This document shows positions 11,631-24,000 of a stretch of DNA of 64,000 nt, one piece after another. The notes beneath the pieces were generated by a model, which was given only the letters and a program-made list of their open reading frames with translations, did no database searches and was not told where the DNA came from. A program made the translations under genes and the position numbers. Each line of letters starts with the position of its first letter. The first letter of the stretch is position 1. Source of the DNA: Octopus sinensis (taxonomy: Eukaryota); assembly GCF_006345805.1 (NCBI RefSeq), contig NC_043025.1:3906001-3970000 (forward strand), in the 5' to 3' direction.

Positions 11631-11858
11631 GAAACAGCAAAAAACGATTTATAAATAGTTTATAAAGAGCAGAATGAGTTAGAATAAAGAGACAGATGTG
11701 TCAGCATTCTAACAAAAAATAACGATTGTCAAAATATAATAATGGCGCAAAATGAGCAGCTGTCAAAGTTTACCAAATACCTTACTACAAATTTCATACT
11801 TGATGATCTAATGTGTCTGTGTGCGTATGTGTGTGTATGTATACACATATATATATTT

Positions 11859-12067
11859 GAGGGATTGCTGGAAAGTTCCTGGGCTTAAGGATATCACACA
11901 AGGCCTGGTTGGAGACCCAATCTTTTGGGTTCCTTTACAGGGCTTAGAAAGCCTGAAAGGCCGCTGCAATGTTTGAATCTGAGAGGGGAATAAGTTGAAT
12001 AAAATCATAATGAACTGATCCTCCTGTATCCTCTTTTACCCAAAGCCAGGAACTGTTTAGCACCCTC
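11859..12067. mobile_element. Mariner-type MITE
   Basis: Imperfect TIRs gagggattgctggaaagttcctgggctt and aagccaggaactgtttagcaccctc, with a non-coding interior. Confidence 0.6.
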
Positions 12068-12076
12068 CCATATACA

Positions 12077-12584
12077 TATATGTATGTATGTATGTGTGTG
12101 TATGTGTGTATGTATGTGTGTGTATGTATGTATGTATGTGTGGATGTATGTATATATGTATGTATGTATGTATATATGTATGTATGTATGTATGTGTGTA
12201 TGTATGTATGTATGTATGTATGTGTGTTTGTATGTATGTATGTATGTATGTATGTATGTATGTATGTATATATGTATGTATGTATGTATATATGTATGTA
12301 TGTATGTATGTGTGTATGTATGTATGTATGTGTGTGTGTATGTATGTATGTATGTATGTGTGTATGTATGTATGTATGTATATATGTATGTATGTATGTA
12401 TATATGTATGTATGTATGTATGTATGTGTGTATGTATGTATGTATGTATGTGTGTTTGTATGTATGTATGTATGTATGTATGTATGTATGTATATATGTA
12501 TGTATGTATGTATATATGTATGTATGTATGTATGTGTGTATGTATGTATGTATGTATGTATGTATGTATGTATGCATGTATGTA

Positions 12585-12619
<35 letters not shown>

Positions 12620-12768
12620 ATGTATGTATGTATGTATGTGTGTATGTATGTATGTATGTATGTGTGTTTGTATGTATGTGTGTATGTATGTGTGTATGTG
12701 TGTATGTATGTATGTGTGTGTGTATGTATGTGTGTATGTATGTATGTATGTATGTATGTATGTATGTA

Positions 12769-12829
<61 letters not shown>

Positions 12830-12865
12830 ATGTATGTATGTATGTATGTGTGTATGTATGTATGT
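12077..12865. repeat. (TATG)n/(TG)n microsatellite, about 790 bp
   Basis: Tetranucleotide TATG tract with TG interruptions. Confidence 0.97.
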
Positions 12866-14840
12866 GTGTTCCAAGTGTTCCAGAAGGCGGTCAAGCAGGA
12901 CTCGGGCCAGGATCTTACCTGCTATGGACAAGAGGGAGATATCTCGGTGGTTGTCGCAGGACTGCCGATCTCCTTTCCGCTTATAAATGTGGACGATTGT
13001 TGCGTCCCGGAAATCTTGAGGGAGTTGTTCCCTGTCCCACATCGACTGGAACAGGCTGGTGAGCTGACTGATCATGGTGGGGCCGCCCGACTTGAACACA
13101 TCTGCAGGGATGGCGTCAGAGCCTGGAGCTTTGCCGGTGGACATTTTTTTTATGGCTCTGCTCCCTTCCTCGACTGCAGGGGGAACAGCCAGCTCATGGT
13201 TTGTCGGCACCTGGGGGAGTCGTGCGATGGCTTCTTCATTGATCTGGGCTGGTCGGTTGAGCACAATGTTGAAATGCTCCGCCCATCTCTCCAGGATCAG
13301 CCTCTTGTTAGTCAGGAGTGAGGTTCCATCCGAGCTGAGCAGGGGGGGTTGATCTGGAACACTTGGAACACTTGGAGCAAGGCTTTCTCCCTGAGAGCCA
13401 GTGTGGCTTCCGCGCGGGTCGAGGGACCACTGACATGATATTCGCCGCCCGCCAGCTCCAGGAGAAATGCATGGAGCAGCACCTTGACCTCTGCATGACC
13501 TTTGTTGACCTCACCAGGGCTTTCGATACAGTCAGTCGAGAGGGACTCTGGAAGGTCATGGGAAAATTTGGTTGCCCCAGCAAATTTATTGCAATTGTCC
13601 GCCAGTTCCACGACGGAATGACAGCCAGAGTCCTTGAAGATGGCAACTCATCTGAAGTCTTCCAGGTGACCAACGGAGTCAGGCAGGGCTGTGTCCTGGC
13701 CCCAACACTGTTCAGCATCATGTTCTCGGCAATGCTGTCCGACGCCTTTAGGGACTGCAAGTCCGGTATCGACATCAAGTACAGGACAGACGGGAAACTT
13801 TTCAACTCCAGAAGATTGCAGGCCGTCACAAAGGTGAGAGAGACAGTCGTCAGAGACTTTCTCTTTGCTGACGACTGCGCCCTTAATGCAATCGATGAGC
13901 AGGAGATGCAGCTTGGGATGGACAGGTTCTCATCAGCCTGTGACAACTTTGGTCTCACCATCAGTGTCAAGAAAACTGAAGTGATGTTTCAGCCAGCCCC
14001 TGGCAAACAATACCATGAGCCTCAGATAAAGGTGAACAGACGGATCCTACGAGCGGTGGAAAACTCTCTCCTGCAATGCCAACATAGGTGCTGAAATCAT
14101 CAACAGAATCTCCAAGGCAAGCAGCGCGTTTGGGAGACTGCGAAGGAAAGTCTGGGAGCGGAGAGGAATCAGCCTCAACACCAGGCTGAAAGTCTACTGG
14201 GCAGTCGTGCTTACCACCCTACTATATGGCTGCGAGATGTGGACTGCTTACCGAAGGCACGAGCACCAGATAAACCACTTCCACCTCAGGTGTCTTTGGA
14301 ACCTCCTTCACATCTGCTGGCAAGACAAAGTCCCAGACACGGAAGTTCTGAAGCAGGCAGATCTCCCTAGCACCATCACGATCATGCGCAAGGCCCAGCT
14401 GAGATGGGCAGGCCACGTCTCCTGCATGTCCGACACTCACATCCCAAAACAGCTTTTCTATAGTGAACTCAGCCAGGGAAAACGCAAAATCGGAGGGCAG
14501 AAGCACTTCAAGGACAGTCTCAAAGTCTCTCTCAATGACTTCTCCATCGGCACAGAGACTTGGGAGACACTTGCTGCCGACCGCTCATCCTGGCGCAGCG
14601 CGATCACCACAGGAGCAAAGACAACCGAGGAGAGACGGATTCAGTCAGCAGAACAGAAACGCCAGATGCGGAAAGCCAGAGCCACCTGCACCAATAGCAC
14701 AGCCCCTACCCACTTCTGCCCCATCTGTGGGAGGGGCTTTCTTGCCCGGATTGGCCTCACCAACCACCTCCGGTCTCATAACAGAATTCCACCAAATGAT
14801 GTCAATGGTCATCTTCGAACCCGAAGGACTAACATTATTA
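12866..14840 (+). mobile_element. RTE-clade LINE, 5'-truncated, with an inverted 5' segment (12866-13353 on the minus strand)
   Basis: Minus part reads KAPGSDAIPADVFK...HRDISLLSIAGKILARVLLDRLLEHLEH. Plus part reads EHLEQGFLPESQCGFR...FADD (13864-13875)...LLYGCE...WAGHV...CPICGRGFLARIGLTNHLRSH. A frameshifting deletion lies near 14060-14090. Confidence 0.92.
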
Positions 14841-15027
14841 TATGTATATGTGTGTATGTATGTGTGTATGTATGTATGTATGTATGTATGTATGTGTGTG
14901 TGTGTATGTGTGTATGTGTGTATGTATGTATGTGTGTATGTATGTATGTGTGTATGTGTGTATGTATGTGTGTGTGTATGTATGTGTGTGTGTGTATGTA
15001 TCTATGTATGTGTATGTATGTATGTAT
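14841..15027. repeat. (TATG)n/(TG)n microsatellite
   Basis: Continuation of the tract that flanks the LINE on its other side. Confidence 0.95.
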
Positions 15028-18000
15028 AGGAGGTGCTGGCATCGACCACGTTCGGATGGTGCTTTTTACATGCCACCAGCACAGGGCCCAGACAGGTGGT
15101 GCTGGCATCGACCACGTTCGGATGGTGCTTTTTACATGCCACCAGCACAGGGCCCAGACAGGTGGTGCTGGCATCGACCACGTTCGGATGGTGCTTTTTA
15201 CATGCCACCGGCACAGGGGCCAGACAGGTGGTGCTGGCATCGACCACGTTCGGATGGTGCTTTTTACATGCCACCGGCACAGGGGCCAGACAGGAGGTGC
15301 TGGCATCGACCACGTTCGGATGGTGCTTTTTACATGCCACCGGCACAGGGGCCAGACAGGTGGTGCTGGCATCGACCACGTTCGGATGGTGCTTTTTACA
15401 TGCCACCGGCACAGGGGCCAGACAGGAGGTGCTGGCATCGACCACGTTCGGATGGTGCTTTTTACATGCCACCGGCACAGGGCCCAGACAGGAGGTGCTG
15501 GCATCGACCACGTTCGGATGGTGCTTTTTACATGCCACCAGCACAGGGCCCAGACAGGAGGTGCTGGCATCGACCACGTTCGGATGGTGCTTTTTACATG
15601 CCACCGGCACAGGGGCCAGACAGGAGGTGCTGGCATCGACCACGTTCGGATGGTGCTTTTTACATGCCACCAGCACAGGGCCCAGACAGGTGGTGCTGGC
15701 ATCGACCACGTTCGGATGGTGCTTTTTACATGCCACCAGCACAGGGCCCAGACAGGAGGTGCTGGCATCGACCACGTTCGGATGGTGCTTTTTACATGCC
15801 ACCAGCACAGGGCCCAGACAGGTGGTGCTGGCATCGACCACGTTCGGATGGTGCTTTTTACATGCCACCAGCACAGGGCCCAGACAGGTGGTGCTGGCAT
15901 CGACCACGTTCGGATGGTGCTTTTTACATGCCACCGGCACAGGGGCCAGACAGGTGGTGCTGGCATCGACCACGTTCGGATGGTGCTTTTTACATGCCAC
16001 CAGCACAGGGCCCAGACAGGTGGTGCTGGCATCGACCACGTTCGGATGGTGCTTTTTACATGCCACCAGCACAGGGCCCAGACAGGTGCTGCTGGCATCG
16101 ACCACGTTCGGATGGTGCTTTTTACATGCCACCAGCACAGGGCCCAGACAGGAGGTGCTGGCATCGACCACGTTCGGATGGTGCTTTTTACATGCCACCA
16201 GCACAGGGCCCAGACAGGTGGTGCTGGCATCGACCACGTTCGGATGGTGCTTTTTACATGCCACCAGCACAGGGCCCAGACAGGTGGTGCTGGCATCGAC
16301 CACGTTCGGATGGTGCTTTTTACATGCCACCGGCACAGGGCCCAGACAGGAGGTGCTGGCATCGACCACGTTCGGATGGTGCTTTTTACATGCCACCGGC
16401 ACAGGGCCCAGACAGGAGGTGCTGGCATCGACCACGTTCGGATGGTGCTTTTTACATGCCACCGGCACAGGGCCCAGACAGGTGGTGCTGGCATCGACCA
16501 CGTTCGGATGGTGCTTTTTACATGCCACCGGCACAGGGCCCATACAGGAGGTGCTGGCATCGACCACGTTCGGATGGTGCTTTTTACATGCCACCGGCAC
16601 AGGGCCCAGACAGGTGCTGCTGGCATCGACCACGTTCGGATGGTGCTTTTTACATGCCACCAGCACAGGGCCCAGACAGGAGGTGCTGGCATCGACCACG
16701 TTCGGATGGTGCTTTTTACATGCCACCAGCACAGGGCCCAGACAGGTGGTGCTGGCATCGACCACGTTCGGATGGTGCTTTTTACATGCCACCAGCACAG
16801 GGCCCAGACAGGTGGTGCTGGCATCGACCACGTTCGGATGGTGCTTTTTACATGCCACCGGCACAGGGCCCAGACAGGAGGTGCTGGCATCGACCACGTT
16901 CGGATGGTGCTTTTTACATGCCACCAGCACAGGGCCCAGACAGGTGGTGCTGGCATCGACCACGTTCGGATGGTGCTTTTTACATGCCACCAGCACAGGG
17001 CCCAGACAGGAGGTGCTGGCATCGACCACGTTCGGATGGTGCTTTTTACATGCCACCGGCACAGGGCCCAGACAGGAGGTGCTGGCATCGACCACGTTCG
17101 GATGGTGCTTTTTACATGCCACCAGCACAGGGCCCAGACAGGAGGTGCTGGCATCGACCACGTTCGGATGGTGCTTTTTACATGCCACCAGCACAGGGCC
17201 CAGACAGGAGGTGCTGGCATCGACCACGTTCGGATGGTGCTTTTTACATGCCACCGGCACAGGGCCCAGACAGGAGGTGCTGGCATCGACCACGTTCGGA
17301 TGGTGCTTTTTACATGCCACCGGCACAGGGGCCAGACAGGTGGTGCTGGCATCGACCACGTTCGGATGGTGCTTTTTACATGCCACCGGCACAGGGCCCA
17401 TACAGGAGGTGCTGGCATCGACCACGTTCGGATGGTGCTTTTTACATGCCACCGGCACAGGGCCCAGACAGGAGGTGCTGGCATCGACCACGTTCGGATG
17501 GTGCTTTTTACATGCCACCGGCACAGGGGCCAGACAGGTGGTGCTGGCATCGACCACGTTCGGATGGTGCTTTTTACATGCCACCGGCACAGGGCCCAGA
17601 CAGGAGGTGCTGGCATCGACCACGTTCGGATGGTGCTTTTTACATGCCACCGGCACAGGGCCCAGACAGGTGGTGCTGGCATCGACCACGTTCGGATGGT
17701 GCTTTTTACATGCCACCAGCACAGGTCCCAGACAGGAGGTGCTGGCATCGACCAGGTTCGGATGGTGCTTTTTACATGCCACCAGCACAGGGCCCAGACA
17801 GGAGATGCTGGCATCGACCACGTTCGGATGGTGCTTTATACATGCCACTGGCACAGGACCCAGATAGGAGGTGCTGGCATCGACCACGTTCGGATGGTGC
17901 TTTTTACATGCCACCGGCACAGGGCCCAGACAGGAGGTGCTGGCATCGACCACGTTCGGATGGTGCTTTTTACATGCCACCAGCACAGGGCCCAGACAGG

Positions 18001-21000
18001 AGGTGCTGGCATCGACCACGTTCGGATGGTGCTTTTTACATGCCACCGGCACAGGGCCCAGACAGGAGGTGCTGGCATCGACCACGTTCGGATGGTGCTT
18101 TTTACATGCCACCAGCACAGGGCCCAGACAGGAGGTGCTGGCATCGACCACGTTCGGATGGTGCTTTTTACATGCCACCGGCACAGGGGCCAGACAGGAG
18201 GTGCTGGCATCGACCACGTTCGGATGGTGCTTTTTACATGCCACCAGCACAGGGCCCAGACAGGTGGTGCTGGCATCGACCACGTTCGGATGGTGCTTTT
18301 TACATGCCACCAGCACAGGGCCCAGACAGGAGGTGCTGGCATCGACCACGTTCGGATGGTGCTTTTTACATGCCACCAGCACAGGGCCCAGACAGGTGGT
18401 GCTGGCATCGACCACGTTCGGATGGTGCTTTTTACATGCCACCAGCACAGGGCACAGACAGGTGGTGCTGGCATCGACCACGTTCGGATGGTGCTTTTTA
18501 CATGCCACCGGCACAGGGGCCAGACAGGTGGTGCTGGCATCGACCACGTTCGGATGGTGCTTTTTACATGCCACCAGCACAGGGCCCAGACAGGTGGTGC
18601 TGGCATCGACCACGTTCGGATGGTGCTTTTTACATGCCACCAGCACAGGGCCCAGACAGGTGCTGCTGGCATCGACCACGTTCGGATGGTGCTTTTTACA
18701 TGCCACCAGCACAGGGCCCAGACAGGAGGTGCTGGCATCGACCACGTTCGGATGGTGCTTTTTACATGCCACCAGCACAGGGCCCAGACAGGTGGTGCTG
18801 GCATCGACCACGTTCGGATGGTGCTTTTTACATGCCACCAGCACAGGGCCCAGACAGGTGGTGCTGGCATCGACCACGTTCGGATGGTGCTTTTTACATG
18901 CCACCAGCACAGGGCCCAGACAGGTGGTGCTGGCATCGACCACGTTCGGATGGTGCTTTTTACATGCCACCAGCACAGGGCCCAGACAGGTGGTGCTGGC
19001 ATCGACCACGTTCGGATGGTGCTTTTTACATGCCACCAGCACAGGGCCCAGACAGGAGGTGCTGGCATCGACCACGTTCGGATGGTGCTTTTTACATGCC
19101 ACCGGCACAGGGCCCAGACAGGAGGTGCTGGCATCGACCACGTTCGGATGGTGCTTTTTACATGCCACCAGCACAGGGCCCAGACAGGAGGTGCTGGCAT
19201 CGACCACGTTCGGATGGTGCTTTTTACATGCCACCAGCACAGGGCCCAGACAGGTGGTGCTGGCATCGACCACGTTCGGATGGTGCTTTTTACATGCCAC
19301 CGGCACAGGGCCCAGACAGGAGGTGCTGGCATCGACCACGTTCGGATGGTGCTTTTTACATGCCACCGGCACAGGGCCCAGACAGGTGGTGCTGGCATCG
19401 ACCACGTTCGGATGGTGCTTTTTACATGCCACCGGCACAGGGCCCAGACAGGAGGTGCTGGCATCGACCACGTTCGGATGGTGCTTTTTACATGCCACCG
19501 GCACAGGGCCCAGACAGGAGGTGCTGGCATCGACCACGTTCGGATGGTGCTTTTTACATGCCACCAGCACAGGGCCCAGACAGGTGGTGCTGGCATCGAC
19601 CACGTTCGGATGGTGCTTTTTACATGCCACCGGCACAGGGCCCAGACAGGAGGTGCTGGCATCGACCACGTTCGGATGGTGCTTTTTACATGCCACCAGC
19701 ACAGGGCCCAGACAGGTGGTGCTGGCATCGACCACGTTCGGATGGTGCTTTTTACATGCCACCAGCACAGGGCCCAGACAGGAGGTGCTGGCATCGACCA
19801 CGTTCGGATGGTGCTTTTTACATGCCACCAGCACAGGGCCCAGACAGGAGGTGCTGGCATCGACCACGTTCGGATGGTGCTTTTTACATGCCACCAGCAC
19901 AGGGCCCAGACAGGAGGTGCTGGCATCGACCACGTTCGGATGGTGCTTTTTACATGCCACCAGCACAGGGCCCAGACAGGAGGTGCTGGCATCGACCACG
20001 TTCGGATGGTGCTTTTTACATGCCACCAGCACAGGGCCCAGACAGGTGGTGCTGGCATCGACCACGTTCGGATGGTGCTTTTTACATGCCACCAGCACAG
20101 GGGCCAGACAGGTGGTGCTGGCATCGACCACGTTCGGATGGTGCTTTTTACATGCCACCAGCACAGGGCCCAGACAGGTGGTGCTGGCATCGACCACGTT
20201 CGGATGGTGCTTTTTACATGCCACCAGCACAGGGCCCAGACAGGTGGTGCTGGCATCGACCACGTTCGGATGGTGCTTTTTACATGCCACCAGCACAGGG
20301 CCCAGACAGGTGGTGCTGGCATCGACCACGTTCGGATGGTGCTTTTTACATGCCACCAGCACAGGGCCCAGACAGGTGGTGCTGGCATCGACCACGTTCG
20401 GATGGTGCTTTTTACATGCCACCAGCACAGGGCCCAGACAGGTGGTGCTGGCATCGACCACGTTCGGATGGTGCTTTTTACATGCCACCAGCACAGGGCC
20501 CAGACAGGTGGTGCTGGCATCGACCACGTTCGGATGGTGCTTTTTACATGCCACCAGCACAGGGCCCAGACAGGTGGTGCTGGCATCGACCACGTTCGGA
20601 TGGTGCTTTTTACATGCCACCAGCACAGGGCCCAGACAGGTGGTGCTGGCATCGACCACGTTCGGATGGTGCTTTTTACATGCCACCAGCACAGGGCCCA
20701 GACAGGTGGTGCTGGCATCGACCACGTTCGGATGGTGCTTTTTACATGCCACCAGCACAGGGCCCAGACAGGTGGTGCTGGCATCGACCACGTTCGGATG
20801 GTGCTTTTTACATGCCACCAGCACAGGGCCCAGACAGGTGGTGCTGGCATCGACCACGTTCGGATGGTGCTTTTTACATGCCACCAGCACAGGGCCCAGA
20901 CAGGTGGTGCTGGCATCGACCACGTTCGGATGGTGCTTTTTACATGCCACCAGCACAGGGCCCAGACAGGTGGTGCTGGCATCGACCACGTTCGGATGGT

Positions 21001-24000
21001 GCTTTTTACATGCCACCAGCACAGGGCCCAGACAGGTGGTGCTGGCATCGACCACGTTCGGATGGTGCTTTTTACATGCCACCAGCACAGGGCCCAGACA
21101 GGTGGTGCTGGCATCGACCACGTTCGGATGGTGCTTTTTACATGCCACCGGCACAGGGCCCAGACAGGTGGTGCTGGCATCGACCACGTTCGGATGGTGC
21201 TTTTTACATGCCACCAGCACAGGGCCCAGACAGGTGGTGCTGGCATCGACCACGTTCGGATGGTGCTTTTTACATGCCACCAGCACAGGGCCCAGACAGG
21301 AGGTGCTGGCATCGACCACGTTCGGATGGTGCTTTTTACATGCCACCAGCACAGGGCCCAGACAGGTGGTGCTGGCATCGACCACGTTCGGATGGTGCTT
21401 TTTACATGCCACCAGCACAGGGCCCAGACAGGAGGTGCTGGCATCGACCACGTTCGGATGGTGCTTTTTACATGCCACCGGCACAGGGCCCAGACAGGAG
21501 GTGCTGGCATCGACCACGTTCGGATGGTGCTTTTTACATGCCACCGGCACAGGGCCCAGACAGGTGGTGCTGGCATCGACCACGTTCGGATGGTGCTTTT
21601 TACATGCCACCAGCACAGGGCCCAGACAGGAGGTGCTGGCATCGACCACGTTCGGATGGTGCTTTTTACATGCCACCAGCACAGGGCCCAGACAGGAGGT
21701 GCTGGCATCGACCACGTTCGGATGGTGCTTTTTACATGCCACCAGCACAGGGCCCAGACAGGAGGTGCTGGCATCGACCACGTTCGGATGGTGCTTTTTA
21801 CATGCCACCAGCACAGGGCCCAGACAGGAGGTGCTGGCATCGACCACGTTCGGATGGTGCTTTTTACATGCCACCAGCACAGGGCCCAGACAGGAGGTGC
21901 TGGCATCGACCACGTTCGGATGGTGCTTTTTACATGCCACCAGCACAGGGCCCAGACAGGAGGTGCTGGCATCGACCACGTTCGGATGGTGCTTTTTACA
22001 TGCCACCAGCACAGGGCCCAGACAGGTGGTGCTGGCATCGACCACGTTCGGATGGTGCTTTTTACATGCCACCAGCACAGGGCCCAGACAGGTGGTGCTG
22101 GCATCGACCACGTTCGGATGGTGCTTTTTACATGCCACCAGCACAGGGCCCAGACAGGTGGTGCTGGCATCGACCACGTTCGGATGGTGCTTTTTACATG
22201 CCACCAGCACAGGGCCCAGACAGGTGGTGCTGGCATCGACCACGTTCGGATGGTGCTTTTTACATGCCACCAGCACAGGGCCCAGACAGGTGGTGCTGGC
22301 ATCGACCACGTTCGGATGGTGCTTTTTACATGCCACCAGCACAGGGCCCAGACAGGTGGTGCTGGCATCGACCACGTTCGGATGGTGCTTTTTACATGCC
22401 ACCAGCACAGGGCCCAGACAGGTGGTGCTGGCATCGACCACGTTCGGATGGTGCTTTTTACATGCCACCAGCACAGGGCCCAGACAGGTGGTGCTGGCAT
22501 CGACCACGTTCGGATGGTGCTTTTTACATGCCACCAGCACAGGGCCCAGACAGGTGGTGCTGGCATCGACCACGTTCGGATGGTGCTTTTTACATGCCAC
22601 CAGCACAGGGCCCAGACAGGTGGTGCTGGCATCGACCACGTTCGGATGGTGCTTTTTACATGCCACCAGCACAGGGCCCAGACAGGTGGTGCTGGCATCG
22701 ACCACGTTCGGATGGTGCTTTTTACATGCCACCAGCACAGGGCCCAGACAGGTGGTGCTGGCATCGACCACGTTCGGATGGTGCTTTTTACATGCCACCA
22801 GCACAGGGCCCAGACAGGTGGTGCTGGCATCGACCACGTTCGGATGGTGCTTTTTACATGCCACCAGCACAGGGCCCAGACAGGTGGTGCTGGCATCGAC
22901 CACGTTCGGATGGTGCTTTTTACATGCCACCAGCACAGGGCCCAGACAGGTGGTGCTGGCATCGACCACGTTCGGATGGTGCTTTTTACATGCCACCAGC
23001 ACAGGGCCCAGACAGGTGGTGCTGGCATCGACCACGTTCGGATGGTGCTTTTTACATGCCACCAGCACAGGGCCCAGACAGGTGGTGCTGGCATCGACCA
23101 CGTTCGGATGGTGCTTTTTACATGCCACCAGCACAGGGCCCAGACAGGTGGTGCTGGCATCGACCACGTTCGGATGGTGCTTTTTACATGCCACCAGCAC
23201 AGGGCCCAGACAGGTGGTGCTGGCATCGACCACGTTCGGATGGTGCTTTTTACATGCCACCAGCACAGGGCCCAGACAGGTGGTGCTGGCATCGACCACG
23301 TTCGGATGGTGCTTTTTACATGCCACCAGCACAGGGCCCAGACAGGTGGTGCTGGCATCGACCACGTTCGGATGGTGCTTTTTACATGCCACCAGCACAG
23401 GGCCCAGACAGGTGGTGCTGGCATCGACCACGTTCGGATGGTGCTTTTTACATGCCACCAGCACAGGGCCCAGACAGGTGGTGCTGGCATCGACCACGTT
23501 CGGATGGTGCTTTTTACATGCCACCAGCACAGGGCCCAGACAGGTGGTGCTGGCATCGACCACGTTCGGATGGTGCTTTTTACATGCCACCAGCACAGGG
23601 CCCAGACAGGTGGTGCTGGCATCGACCACGTTCGGATGGTGCTTTTTACATGCCACCAGCACAGGGCCCAGACAGGTGGTGCTGGCATCGACCACGTTCG
23701 GATGGTGCTTTTTACATGCCACCAGCACAGGGCCCAGACAGGTGGTGCTGGCATCGACCACGTTCGGATGGTGCTTTTTACATGCCACCAGCACAGGGCC
23801 CAGACAGGTGGTGCTGGCATCGACCACGTTCGGATGGTGCTTTTTACATGCCACCAGCACAGGGCCCAGACAGGTGGTGCTGGCATCGACCACGTTCGGA
23901 TGGTGCTTTTTACATGCCACCAGCACAGGGCCCAGACAGGTGGTGCTGGCATCGACCACGTTCGGATGGTGCTTTTTACATGCCACCAGCACAGGGCCCA

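Larger units (their letters stand above)
5715..21178 (+). repeat. Left arm of a ~15.4-kb inverted duplication
   Basis: Every element and rare satellite variant recurs in reverse order at 46847-62274; paired coordinates sum to about 67980-68025. Confidence 0.95.

Noticed and set aside
15028-15093. Ribozyme or Pol III promoter inside the satellite unit
   Set aside because: No CUGANGA/GAAA core on either strand; gttcgga misses the B-box consensus and no credible A-box is present.
14841-15100. Array made by template switching of the adjacent RTE LINE onto SINE RNA
   Set aside because: The array is antisense to the SINE tail orientation relative to the LINE and is separated from it by about 190 bp of microsatellite.
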